Source: Actinomycetota bacterium (GTDB lineage Bacteria > Actinomycetota > Actinomycetes > Actinomycetales > Microbacteriaceae). From it: a stretch of 64,000 nucleotides of DNA. The notes under the pieces are model-generated. The model made no database searches and was not told the origin of the DNA. It saw only the letters and a program-made list of their open reading frames with translations. Position 1 is the stretch's first letter. The number at the start of each line of letters is the position of its first letter. The DNA is taken from positions 11,378 to 75,377 of the forward strand of contig JBDKLJ010000001.1 in the NCBI GenBank assembly GCA_039806025.1. Reading direction: 5' to 3'. Shown in pieces: positions 29,866-42,000 of this stretch. Position numbers and translations under genes: made by a program.

Positions 29866-30024
29866 GCGGTTATTCCTTTGTCTTGAATCCAAAATCTAAA
29901 CTCAAAAGAAGACCTAGGTCATCTGATGAAGTGGGTGGAAACTCATTGTGCCCTACGCTTGAAGGAGCAGTTGTTTCCTCTAAAAATCGTTTCACAGAAC
30001 GCGCCTCGAATCAAGACCCAATTT

Positions 30025-30411
30025 ATGAAGACCCTCCCAATCCAGCTCAAAGTTGCGATAACAATCGCAGCAGCAGAGGCTTTGACCTCCGCGGCAGTCA
30101 CCGCCTTCTTTCTCTACGGACTGATCACCGGTCAGGAGAAGTCTCTCCAGATGATCCTTGGAATCATCATCCTGCTCGCAGCAGCAACAGCATTCCTAAC
30201 CTCGGCAACACTGAACCTAATCAAGGCAAAGCGTTGGGCAAGGTCTGGAATAGTGTTCTGGCAGATTCTTCAAATCTCGATCGGCTGGGGGAGTCTTGGC
30301 GGCGAGAACGAAAACATTCCCATAGCGTTAGCCATTTTTGCTAGTTCGGCCGTTGCCACTGTGATGCTTTTCACCAAACCGGTGAACGCCGTCTTTGAAG
30401 AAAAGAACTAA
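30025..30411 (+). CDS. Small four-TM membrane protein
   Basis: Four hydrophobic segments, WARSG...WQILQ; start uncertain (track gives 29926). Confidence 0.7.
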   Translation: MKTLPIQLKVAITIAAAEALTSAAVTAFFLYGLITGQEKSLQMILGIIILLAAATAFLTSATLNLIKAKRWARSGIVFWQILQISIGWGSLGGENENIPIALAIFASSAVATVMLFTKPVNAVFEEKN

Positions 30412-30872
30412 AGCCCGAGCTTGCCTTTGAGCATTTCAACGTGGCCGGTTGCCTTGACGTTATAAAGAGGCAACTCAATGTTGCCCTTCTCATCCAACAC
30501 AAAGGTCGAACGGATAACACCTTCATATTCGCGGCCATAAAGCTTCTTCATTCCAAAAGCCCCGTAGGCTTTGTGGACCTCAAGCGAAGGATCCGAAAGC
30601 AACTCAAAGTGCAGTCCTTCTTTGTCGGCGAACTTAGCTAACTTGGACGGCTCGTCTGGAGAGATTCCGATCACCAGGTAACCGGATGAGGTGAAGACCG
30701 AAAGAGACTCCTCGAAGTCGCAAGCCTCTTTTGAACAGCCAGGTGTCAAAGCAGCAGGGTAGAAGTAAACGATTACCTTCTTGCCCTTGAAAGAGGCCAA
30801 AGAAACCTTGTTGGAGTCCTTGTTTAGTAGTTCAAATCCTGGAGCTTTCGCTCCAACTTCCAAAGTGCTCAT
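30408..30872 (-). CDS. bcp: Thioredoxin-dependent peroxiredoxin Bcp
   Basis: YFYPAALTPGCSKEACDF, GVIRSTF, YNVKATGHV. Confidence 0.93.
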   Translation of the reverse strand: MSTLEVGAKAPGFELLNKDSNKVSLASFKGKKVIVYFYPAALTPGCSKEACDFEESLSVFTSSGYLVIGISPDEPSKLAKFADKEGLHFELLSDPSLEVHKAYGAFGMKKLYGREYEGVIRSTFVLDEKGNIELPLYNVKATGHVEMLKGKLGL

Positions 30873-30942
30873 ACCTTTAGCCTAGCGGTTGCTTGCGCGT
30901 ATAAAAGTTTGCTAAACTCGTCTCTTGTTGCGTTTGTAACAT

Positions 30943-31015
30943 GCACCTCTAGCTCAATCGGCAGAGCAACTGACTCTTAATCAGTGGGTTCTGGGTTCAA
31001 GTCCCAGGGGGTGCA
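30943..31015 (+). tRNA. tRNA-Lys(CTT)
   Basis: Cloverleaf: acceptor GCACCTC/GGGGTGC, D arm GCTC/GAGC, anticodon arm ACTGA-CTCTTAA-TCAGT, T arm CTGGG-TTCAAGT-CCCAG. CCA is not encoded. Confidence 0.96.
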
Positions 31016-31017
31016 CG

Positions 31018-31055
31018 AATCCTGGTTTCTTCTCACGAGAACCAGGATTTTTTTT
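31018..31055 (+). terminator. Intrinsic terminator after tRNA-Lys
   Basis: AATCCTGGTT...AACCAGGATT stem followed by a T run. Confidence 0.8.
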
Positions 31056-31104
31056 GCAAAAAGTGTGGTTGACTTGGGGTGTCTTGATAAACGGGGGGAT
31101 TCTA

Positions 31105-32265
31105 GTGAAGAAGTTTTGGTCTGCGGTCATCGCAATCTTGATATCGTTTTCCGGAATCACTGCCGCAGAGGCTGATCCACTACCGGAGATGCCAAGTTTT
31201 GCTACACCAGTTGTTTCTGATCCGCTGGATATCAAAGTGGGCAATCTGCTTCACGTCAATGCCAATCAGGGCTCATGGCCGAATGGTGTTCAGTTCACTT
31301 ACCAGTGGCTTCGCGATGGCGCAGAGATCTCCGGAGCGACCACAGCGACACACGTGGTAAACAATGACGACCTAGGGCATCACTTGAGCGCTCGCGTCAC
31401 AGGCAGCCTGGACGGCTATGAGTCTAAGACTTTGACTTCCGCTCGAACCCAGGCAATTGCGATGCCTGAGGTTGCGATTGTGGGTCAATTCTTAGTCGGC
31501 AAGACAGTTACTACCAATATTGCGACCCCGCAACCAGGCGTCACCTACAGCTACCTATGGTTTATGCAGGACTTCGGACCAATATATTCCGTAAACGCGA
31601 GGACGTTTAAGATTCCCGAAAGTTCAGCTGGTAAGTATCTTGTGGTCAAGGTGACAGCAACCGAATCCGGACGAACCGTAGGTGAGTCTTTTAGTGCTGG
31701 CGAATTTGTTGGGGGAGGTAAAACCATCGCGGTCAATTTCACCCCCAGGATTCGAACCGTTGTGCTTGGTCTCTATACCGAAGGTTCTGTTCAGGTTGTG
31801 ATTTCCGGCAACCTAAACGGTGCATCCTGTGTCAGCACTTGGTACGGTTACGGCAGTCCGCAGGTCAATGACCCAACTACTTACAACATCTCGCCTCGCG
31901 ACGTTGGAAAAACCATCAAAGTCAAAGTGGAGTGCGCCCAAAGCGGCCACAAGGGAACCACTAAGACTCTAACGTCAGCGAAGATCCGGCCAATCATGAT
32001 TCAAAATGGTGACGTTACGGTCAGTGGCACCTTCGCCCCCGGCGCAACGTTAACTGCGGTGCCGGGTGATTGGGCACAGGGTGCTTCGTTTGCGTACCAG
32101 TGGTACCGAGATGGTAAAAAGATCACCGGTGCGAAGTCTGTTACTTACAACCTTCCAGCCACGGCCGTTGGTCACAACTACAGCGTCAAGGTAACCGGTA
32201 GCAAACTCGGCTATGAGAGCTATACCGATGAATCACCACGCACTCTAGTTCAACTCATAAACTAA
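31105..32265 (+). CDS. Secreted protein with about four Ig-like repeats
   Basis: GTG start after GGGGGG, signal peptide (AEA), repeats such as YQWLRDG..ISGAT and YQWYRDG..ITGA..TY. Confidence 0.75.
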   Translation: MKKFWSAVIAILISFSGITAAEADPLPEMPSFATPVVSDPLDIKVGNLLHVNANQGSWPNGVQFTYQWLRDGAEISGATTATHVVNNDDLGHHLSARVTGSLDGYESKTLTSARTQAIAMPEVAIVGQFLVGKTVTTNIATPQPGVTYSYLWFMQDFGPIYSVNARTFKIPESSAGKYLVVKVTATESGRTVGESFSAGEFVGGGKTIAVNFTPRIRTVVLGLYTEGSVQVVISGNLNGASCVSTWYGYGSPQVNDPTTYNISPRDVGKTIKVKVECAQSGHKGTTKTLTSAKIRPIMIQNGDVTVSGTFAPGATLTAVPGDWAQGASFAYQWYRDGKKITGAKSVTYNLPATAVGHNYSVKVTGSKLGYESYTDESPRTLVQLIN

Positions 32266-32270
32266 ACGCG

Positions 32271-32292
32271 ATTACTTGAGCGCTCAAGTAAT
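32271..32292. promoter_or_regulatory. Perfect 22-bp palindrome, probable MarR operator overlapping the -10
   Basis: ATTACTTGAGCGCTCAAGTAAT; TAATAT (32289-32294) lies 6 nt before ATG 32301. Confidence 0.7.
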
Positions 32293-32300
32293 ATCCAAAT

Positions 32301-32675
32301 ATGGAAACTTTCGATAAATACCTCGCGCTCAGAAACTTCGTCAACGAAACCGAGAAGTCGGGGCTTGTTTACGGCACAAGTTTCAGCGAGTTCCTAATTC
32401 TCCGTGCCGTCGGGGCTGCTAGCCCAGCTGGTATACGCAGAGTTGATTTGGCCGAGCAGGTCGGACTCACCGTATCGGGAGTAACCAAGGCACTGGCACC
32501 ATTGGAAAAACAGGGCTACATCGAAACCCTCGATGAAGTTAGCGATGCCAGAGTAAGAAAAGTAGCAATGACCCGATCGGGCGGGGAACTTTTCAAAGAC
32601 ATGGAACGAGATATGGAACGCAAGATGGCAAACGCTCATCACCATCTAAGTAAGCTCCTCAGGGAAATTGCCTAA
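32301..32675 (+). CDS. MarR family transcriptional regulator
   Basis: SEFLIL, DLAEQVGLTVSGVTKALAPLEKQGYI, DARVRKVAMTRSG. Confidence 0.88.
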   Translation: METFDKYLALRNFVNETEKSGLVYGTSFSEFLILRAVGAASPAGIRRVDLAEQVGLTVSGVTKALAPLEKQGYIETLDEVSDARVRKVAMTRSGGELFKDMERDMERKMANAHHHLSKLLREIA

Positions 32676-33054
32676 GCGCTTAATAGCCACAGCCAGCAGC
32701 CTCGCACTAATTATTAGCTTGGCTGGCGCTCCAGCTGTTGCCTCTGTCAGGCCGGACCCCAAAGACATTCTGATAGTTGCTCTGAACACCAAATGCAAAA
32801 GCGCTCACTATCCTGCTTACATCCTGGACGGGTACTCGTTTGCAAAGGCGACACCTTACAAAGTTGGCTCAACCTATTACTTCCGAGCGGTCCGCCAAAG
32901 CGACAAAAAGAAAGAGGTCTATTCGGTGACGATGTGGCCGATTTCCGGAACTGTAAAAGGCTACACTGCCACCGCCCGCTCAGCGCTTACGAAATTCAAA
33001 TGTGGGCAGTCGATGAATGTTCGTTACAGCTATGTCAACGAGTGGATGAGGTAG
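32668..33054 (+). CDS. Small secreted hypothetical protein
   Basis: Signal peptide (AVA), two Cys; TTG start overlaps the marR stop. Confidence 0.6.
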   Translation: MPKRLIATASSLALIISLAGAPAVASVRPDPKDILIVALNTKCKSAHYPAYILDGYSFAKATPYKVGSTYYFRAVRQSDKKKEVYSVTMWPISGTVKGYTATARSALTKFKCGQSMNVRYSYVNEWMR

Positions 33055-33065
33055 TTCCTCGTTCG

Positions 33066-33353
33066 CTATTCGGCAAACTTGAGCATTAGGTTGATCTGTT
33101 GCCCGAGTTCAATAGATTCAGACTTCCGAACTTTAGCTTTCAATGGCACGAAGTAAGTCCCCTCGCGCGGAATCAGGGCAGTATAAAAAGTGGTCCTGCC
33201 AATCGTCACGTCGACTGGAATGCAACCCCACCCGTAGCTGAGATGGCCAGCACTGGTTTCGATTCGTTTGGTGACTTCCGGAGGGGTCGTTGAGAAATAA
33301 AACGGTGCAGGCCCTCGCCACTCGACTACCCGTGACGAGAACTTGAACTCCAT
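33066..33353 (-). CDS. DUF1905 family protein
   Basis: WRGPAPFYF, YGWGCIPV.VTIG...TALIP, Y.VPLK..VRK.E. Confidence 0.8.
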   Translation of the reverse strand: MEFKFSSRVVEWRGPAPFYFSTTPPEVTKRIETSAGHLSYGWGCIPVDVTIGRTTFYTALIPREGTYFVPLKAKVRKSESIELGQQINLMLKFAE

Positions 33354-33361
33354 GGAGTCAA

Positions 33362-34075
33362 TTATCCAGTGGATGCTATGGCGTACAGGGTAATAGTTGT
33401 TCCAGCTGGTGCTGGACCAAGGTGATCGCCTAGGTAGTATTTGGTTCCGGTGTCATCGGCCGAGGTGCACCAGTGATTGAAAGCCGCAGCATCGCCTCCA
33501 TTCACCGTTCCCATGTTTCCGTATTCTGGCGGCGTACTCGCGTCGAGTGACCATGCGGTGTCGGCAAAAGTTGATGCGACCAAGTCGCCTTCATAGAAGT
33601 AGCCAGTGACTGGGCCGCCGTGCAAAACACTGCCAGCGTCAAGGTTGCTCATTGAGTACTGGTAGCGTCCGCGCGAAGAGCCAAAGGTGATTACCACCTT
33701 GCGAATGCTGGCCTTGCGGCTGTTAGAGAGAACGTAACTAACCGTGCCAACAGTGGCACCAGCACGGGCTGCAGCGTAGTCGCAGGCCTTTTGAGCGCGA
33801 GTTGTGGCAAGAGCCACGATCTTGTGGCGTGCCTCGCCCAAGTAGTTATAACCGGCGTAGCCAACGCAAGAGACGGTTGAAGCACCAGGATTAGCGGTCA
33901 CGTAAGTGCGGATGGCAGACTTCTGGGCTGAGGTGAGGGAATACTTCATGGTGGCGAACCCAGAGACCGATAGGGTATCTCCAGTTGCGTTTGCTGGAAC
34001 CGCGCCACCTAAAAGGGTGGCTAGAAGTGCAATCAAAACTCCAAGCGTTTTGAACAGGTTTCGTTTCTGGTTCAT
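33362..34075 (-). CDS. Secreted protein with degenerate OmpA-like and InlB-B-repeat-like segments
   Basis: Signal peptide (ANA); GF..YSLT.AQK..I, CVGY, LATTRAQKACDY, RKVVI; C-terminal FNHWCTSADDTGTKY...TLYAI. ATG 34075 follows GGAGA. Confidence 0.6.
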   Translation of the reverse strand: MNQKRNLFKTLGVLIALLATLLGGAVPANATGDTLSVSGFATMKYSLTSAQKSAIRTYVTANPGASTVSCVGYAGYNYLGEARHKIVALATTRAQKACDYAAARAGATVGTVSYVLSNSRKASIRKVVITFGSSRGRYQYSMSNLDAGSVLHGGPVTGYFYEGDLVASTFADTAWSLDASTPPEYGNMGTVNGGDAAAFNHWCTSADDTGTKYYLGDHLGPAPAGTTITLYAIASTG

Positions 34076-34129
34076 AAGAGTCTCCGCGTAAATCTTCCAG
34101 CGTTCAATATTCATTCTAGGTCAGGTAAC

Positions 34130-34164
34130 TCAAAAGCCCTCAGACAAACTCTGAGGGCTTTTGA
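34130..34164 (-). terminator. Intrinsic terminator of the nrdHIEF operon (possibly bidirectional)
   Basis: Perfect 15-bp inverted repeat TCAAAAGCCCTCAGA-CAAAC-TCTGAGGGCTTTTGA, 10 nt after the nrdF stop. Confidence 0.85.
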
Positions 34165-34174
34165 AAATGAACTA

Positions 34175-37310
<3,136 letters not shown>

Positions 37311-37332
<22 letters not shown>

Positions 37333-37721
37333 AATTTTTCGATTCTCTTTTTAACTTCTACAACATCTTCTGGGGTGCCTAAAATTTCCACTCTGTAAAT
37401 CAAAGGCACTTGCAATTTTTCGGAGATGATATCTCCGGCGATGCAGTAGGTTTCACCAAAATTGGTGTTGCCAAGTGCTACAACGCCGGCGATTCGTTTC
37501 CGGTTTTCTGGGTTGTTCAGGAATTTGATTACCTGAACTGGGACTGCTCTCTTATCTTCGCCGCCACCATAGGTTGGGACCACCAACACGCTCACCGTGT
37601 CGATCGAAAAATCCTCAACATCTTTCGTAAACAGGGGGATGCGTTTAGCTGGCATCCCCAGTTTCTCTACGAAACGCTTGGTGTTTTCCGACGTACTTGA
37701 GAAATAGACGATCTCAAACAC
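37311..37721 (-). CDS. nrdI: Flavodoxin-like NrdI
   Basis: [31 protein letters not shown]; GTG start at 37721. Confidence 0.93.
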
Positions 37722-37740
37722 GGATTGCCTGCAAGAGTAA

Positions 37741-37974
37741 CTAGTTCTTGAGCGAGAGGATTTCGTCCATCTTGAAGCCTGACCAGTGCTTGTCACCGGA
37801 GACTACAACAGGGGCGGCGGTGTATCCGAGGGCGCGAACTAGCTCTAGGGCCTGTGGGTCCTGGCTTAGGTCGACAACCTCAAATGCGATTCCTTCGCGG
37901 GTCAACAAGCGCTTGGTGCTGTCGCACTGGACGCAAGACGGAAGGGTGTAAACAGTTGCTACTGCGGCGCTCAT
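37741..37974 (-). CDS. nrdH: Glutaredoxin-like NrdH
   Basis: [23 protein letters not shown]; ATG 37974. Confidence 0.93.
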   Translation of the reverse strand: MSAAVATVYTLPSCVQCDSTKRLLTREGIAFEVVDLSQDPQALELVRALGYTAAPVVVSGDKHWSGFKMDEILSLKN

Positions 37975-38097
37975 TACTACTACTCTTTCTAAGGGTCTAG
38001 CGGGATTAGAGGAGGAGGCCGCTACAAGATGCCTTTTTATTCTAGCGATAAAAAAGACACCAAAAGAGCAGTTTCCCTTGGCCCACAAAGTTTGTTT

Positions 38098-38181
38098 TAG
38101 ATCTCCACCAGGTCTATCGTTTGAGAACCTTTTTTCGGGTCCACGTCAGACTTTCACTGGCTTCCCCTAGTAGCAGATCTA
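38098..38181 (-). ncRNA. Candidate structured leader RNA, cobalamin-riboswitch-like
   Basis: On the - strand a 15-bp closing stem TAGATCT(G)CTACTAGG/CCTGGTGGAGATCTA encloses GGAA, GCCAG-TGAAAGT-CTGAC, GGACC-CGAAAAAA-GGTTC and TCAAACGATAGA. It sits upstream of a B12-independent RNR. Confidence 0.5.
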
Positions 38182-38292
38182 TTAAGTTGTAGAGCGATAT
38201 TAGGACGACAAAATTCGCTAGTGTGGATGGCTTCGGTGTGTCGCGATATATATTTTCGAAAGTCCTTCAAACCCAGAGTTTGGGGCTGAACG

Positions 38293-38895
38293 TCACTGTA
38301 AAAACAGGACCGGAACCATCGAAATTACAAGCAAAACGGCTGCCGCGACGTTGAAAATGGGTCTCCTGTTGTCTTTTTGCAGGATGCCAGCTACAGCCTC
38401 ACCGAAAGCGGCCCAAATCATGGCGCCGGGGTAGGTTGCAACTAAAAAGACGCCTAAAGCAAGTGCTAGCGTGCCAAAGTCGGCCTGTTCTGGGATGTAA
38501 CTCGAATAAAACGAGATCAAAACGATCCAAGCTTTCGGGTTCACTAGCTGAAAGAGGGCTGATCGGAAGAATCCCACAGCGTGCAAGGCTTCGTGCTTGT
38601 GGACGAAGGTCGAGCGAACGATTCCGTAAGCGAGAAAAAGCACATAGGCGAAACCGATGTATTTCAGGTACTCCTGGATGAGCGGAAACGCCCTGAACAG
38701 GCTGCCAACCCCCAAAGCAATCGACGAAAACATCACGGTAAGACCGATCATGATTCCGTTTATATAAGAGAGCGATTTCCCAAGCCCGTGGTTCATTCCG
38801 CTCGACAGAAGGTAGGTGTTATTTGGACCTGGAGTCACCGAGGTGACGAAACCAAAAACTGCAATGCCAACAATGACGCCGAAAAGATTATCCAC
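38293..38895 (-). CDS. LysE/RhtB family exporter
   Basis: TPGPNN, FQLVNPKAW, about 6 TM segments; start uncertain (GTG 38895 or TTG 38907). Confidence 0.87.
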   Translation of the reverse strand: MDNLFGVIVGIAVFGFVTSVTPGPNNTYLLSSGMNHGLGKSLSYINGIMIGLTVMFSSIALGVGSLFRAFPLIQEYLKYIGFAYVLFLAYGIVRSTFVHKHEALHAVGFFRSALFQLVNPKAWIVLISFYSSYIPEQADFGTLALALGVFLVATYPGAMIWAAFGEAVAGILQKDNRRPIFNVAAAVLLVISMVPVLFLQ

Positions 38896-38946
38896 ACCCC
38901 TAGTCAAACACCTTTTCCTACAGGTTTTTGCTCAAAAAGTCTATTT

Positions 38947-38974
38947 TTGCAATGTCTGGTTGGCTGGCTAGGCT
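38947..38974 (+). promoter_or_regulatory. Putative sigma-A promoter of the giant-protease operon
   Basis: TTGCAA-16nt-TAGGCT; GGGGG RBS just before ATG 39006. Confidence 0.45.
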
Positions 38975-39005
38975 AGAAGTCTAGAAACAACATAGTCGGG
39001 GGATT

Positions 39006-42000
39006 ATGAGAGCAGTTAATAGCCGGCTAGTAGCCTTCGTGGCTCTGCTCGCCCTGCTTTTTGGTTTCGTTCCTCCGGCATCAGCTGCCGTTGCAGTTCC
39101 AAGCTCAATCGGCCCTACTAACCCTTATATAGTGGCCATCAACGATGTCGCCGTAGATGACCTCTCAGCTGCGCTCGCCGACTTAGGTGTTTCACCGACT
39201 CACACCTACGACGACGTTTTCGCCGGCTTTGCAATTGATTTGACCAGCGAACAGAAGACCTATCTTCAAACCCTGTTCCCGGGGATGCGGATCGAAGCCG
39301 ATGTGCCAATCAGTGTTCGAGACACCCAGAACGATGCCGCTTGGGATATTTCCGACCTCGATGCTCCCGGAAAGACTCAGGATAGTAATTACAAATATCC
39401 GTCATCGGCCGGTCAAGGGGTGCGCGTTTACGTCCTAGATACCGGCGTTAGCCCTAACTCTCGAGAATTAGGAAGCCGACTTCTGCCCGGTTATGACGCA
39501 GTAAGCGGAACCAGCACCTCAGACCAAGACGGTCACGGAACCCACGTGGCGGGAACCGTCGCTTCGAACACCTGGGGTGTGGCAAAGTTGGCCAACATCG
39601 TTCCGGTTCGAGTTCTAGGTGCCAACGGTTCAGGTAGCACCAGTGACGTAATTGCCGGAATCGATTGGGTCATTTCGCATAATCCGAGTGGCATACCTGC
39701 CGTTATCAACATGAGTCTGGGTACAGACTCGGTCAGCACCTTTGTGAACGCAGCGGTGCAAAGGGCGGTAACCGCGGGAATCTTTGTTGCCGTTGCCGCG
39801 GGTAATGACGGTCAGACCGACACCGATGCTTGCACAACTTCACCGGCCAGCGCACCAAGCGCTTTCACCGTGGGTTCGGTAGGTCGAACCCACGTGCTTT
39901 CCTATTTCTCGAACGTTGGAAGCTGTGTCGACATCTTGGCTCAGGGTGAAGAAGTCGCTTCTTTGAATCGAAGTGACACCTCGGCCGGAGCTTTTACGGT
40001 TCTGCAGGGAACTTCGATGGCCACCCCACACGTTGCCGGTGCAGCCGCCCTATATCTTTCGCTCCACCCGAACGCTTCTGTAAGTACTACGAAAACCGCT
40101 CTATTAAATGGTGCCGAAACCAACGGAACCGTTCGGTTGGGAACTACCAACAAGGTGCTCGACATATCGTTTATGAACGCAATGCCTGTTGTTACGAGCG
40201 CTCCGAGCGTAGGTTCGAACACCGCTGCCGTGATTGGCCAGGTGGTTACCGCGAACGACGGAGTGTGGAGTTCGGCTGGAACTTACAACGTTGCCAAGCG
40301 TTGGCTCGCCTGCGCATTTAGTTATTCGACCGGCCCAGCCTCTCTGCCAAACGACTGTTTAGCTGTGCCATCGGCAACCGGTTCAAGCATCACCGTGGCT
40401 AGAGCCCAGGTTGGCCAGTACCTAATGATCGAAGAGACCGCCACCGGCGAAAACGGAACCGTGCGTTCATACTCTGAAACCACTCAAAAAGTCGTTGAAC
40501 CGGCTGCCGCAAGTTCGATCCGCAACACCGATGCACCAACTCTCGGCCTGGCAACGGGCTCTTCCTACGGCACCGACGATGCGCCGAAGATCGCGGGAGT
40601 GGCTTCGACGACCCTAAAAATTAGCAACGGTATTTGGTCAAGCGACAACGGTCTTCCGACTTACAGCTACCAGTGGTATCGCTGCTCGAACCAGGTTGCA
40701 TCGTCTGCGACCGGACTGCCTTCTGGATGTGTTTCGATCTCTGGGCAAGAAGCTCAAACATATACGGTTACCACCGCAGACCGCGGGAAGTACCTACTGG
40801 CTTCTGTAAATGCGCAGAACGCCGACGGCCAGTCGATTATCTACACCAAGTCGACGCTGGCAGTTACTTCGGCACCGACCGTGCTTACCCCAACCGATTT
40901 CGGCAACAATCTCGAATCCATAGTTGGCAATAGGTTCGAGCTGCTCGCTGCGACCTTCGATTCCGAACCCGCTGCAACCATTTCGTTGCAGTGGTATTCG
41001 TGTGTCTCCAGCACGCTCACCTCCGGTTCTGCTCTTCCAGCTGGGTGCAGCATCATCGCCGGTGCAACCAGCTCAAGTTTCCTCGTGACCGCAGCTCAAA
41101 AGGGAAAGTTCATTTTGGCTGCCACCACAGCAAAGAATGCCGCCACCTCGGGTGCTGGAATTACAAGTTATTCGCGCACGCTAAGTGCCGCGGTGGCAGC
41201 TGCGCCAACAATTAAGTTCACTGTCACAGGCGCTAGTGGCAGCGTGAAGTTCGTTTCATCGACGGCCGCGGCCCAGAACTCGAAACTCACTGTCGACCTA
41301 ACCGGATGGGTAACCGCAAATGCCTACACCTACAGCTGGTACCGCTGCGATTCGGCAGTAGCTGCCACAGCGGCGGAGCCTTCCGGTTGTGAAGTCATTG
41401 CCGGTGCGACGGCTGCCACATACACCGTGACCAGTGCTGACGTTTCAAAATACGTGACCTCATTCGTCACCGCAAAAAATGGCACTACCGTGGTTGCCAC
41501 TGCAACATCGGCGATGTCTTCCCAGGTTTTGCAGACACCTAGCAATTCGGTTTCACCTTCGATCCAAGGTGCGGCAGTTGTCGGTCAAACGGTAACCGCT
41601 GGCGATGGCACCTGGGCTTCGACTCCAACCGCTGCATACACATACCAGTGGTACTCGTGCTCGGTAGCGGTTTTGGCTGCGGCTGTGAAGAACGCGAAAT
41701 GTGTTGCGATTGCCGGTGCCCGGTCGTCGAACTATGAAATCCCTGCGGCTCAGAACAACAAGTTCCTCGTAGTTCAGGTTTTGGCAAGCAACTCGACCAA
41801 CACCGGGACACCGGTAAGCGCCTATTCGGCAAGCACTTTGAAAGTACTGACGGCACCTAGAAATACGGTGGCTCCAACACTCAGTTACAGCGCCACCGCA
41901 ACAACTGGGCAACCAATTGTGGGAAGCACCATCAGCGTTAGATCTGGAACCTGGACGGGAAACCCACTTCCAACAAAAACTTATGTTTGGTACAGCTGTG

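Noticed and set aside
30943-34130. Prophage or ICE integrated at tRNA-Lys
   Set aside because: No integrase, phage genes or att duplication were seen.
37975-38292. NrdR boxes or a yybP-ykoY Mn riboswitch in the nrdH leader
   Set aside because: I found no convincing tandem NrdR-box match by eye, and the GGGGAGTAG/CAAGAC core of yybP-ykoY is not present.
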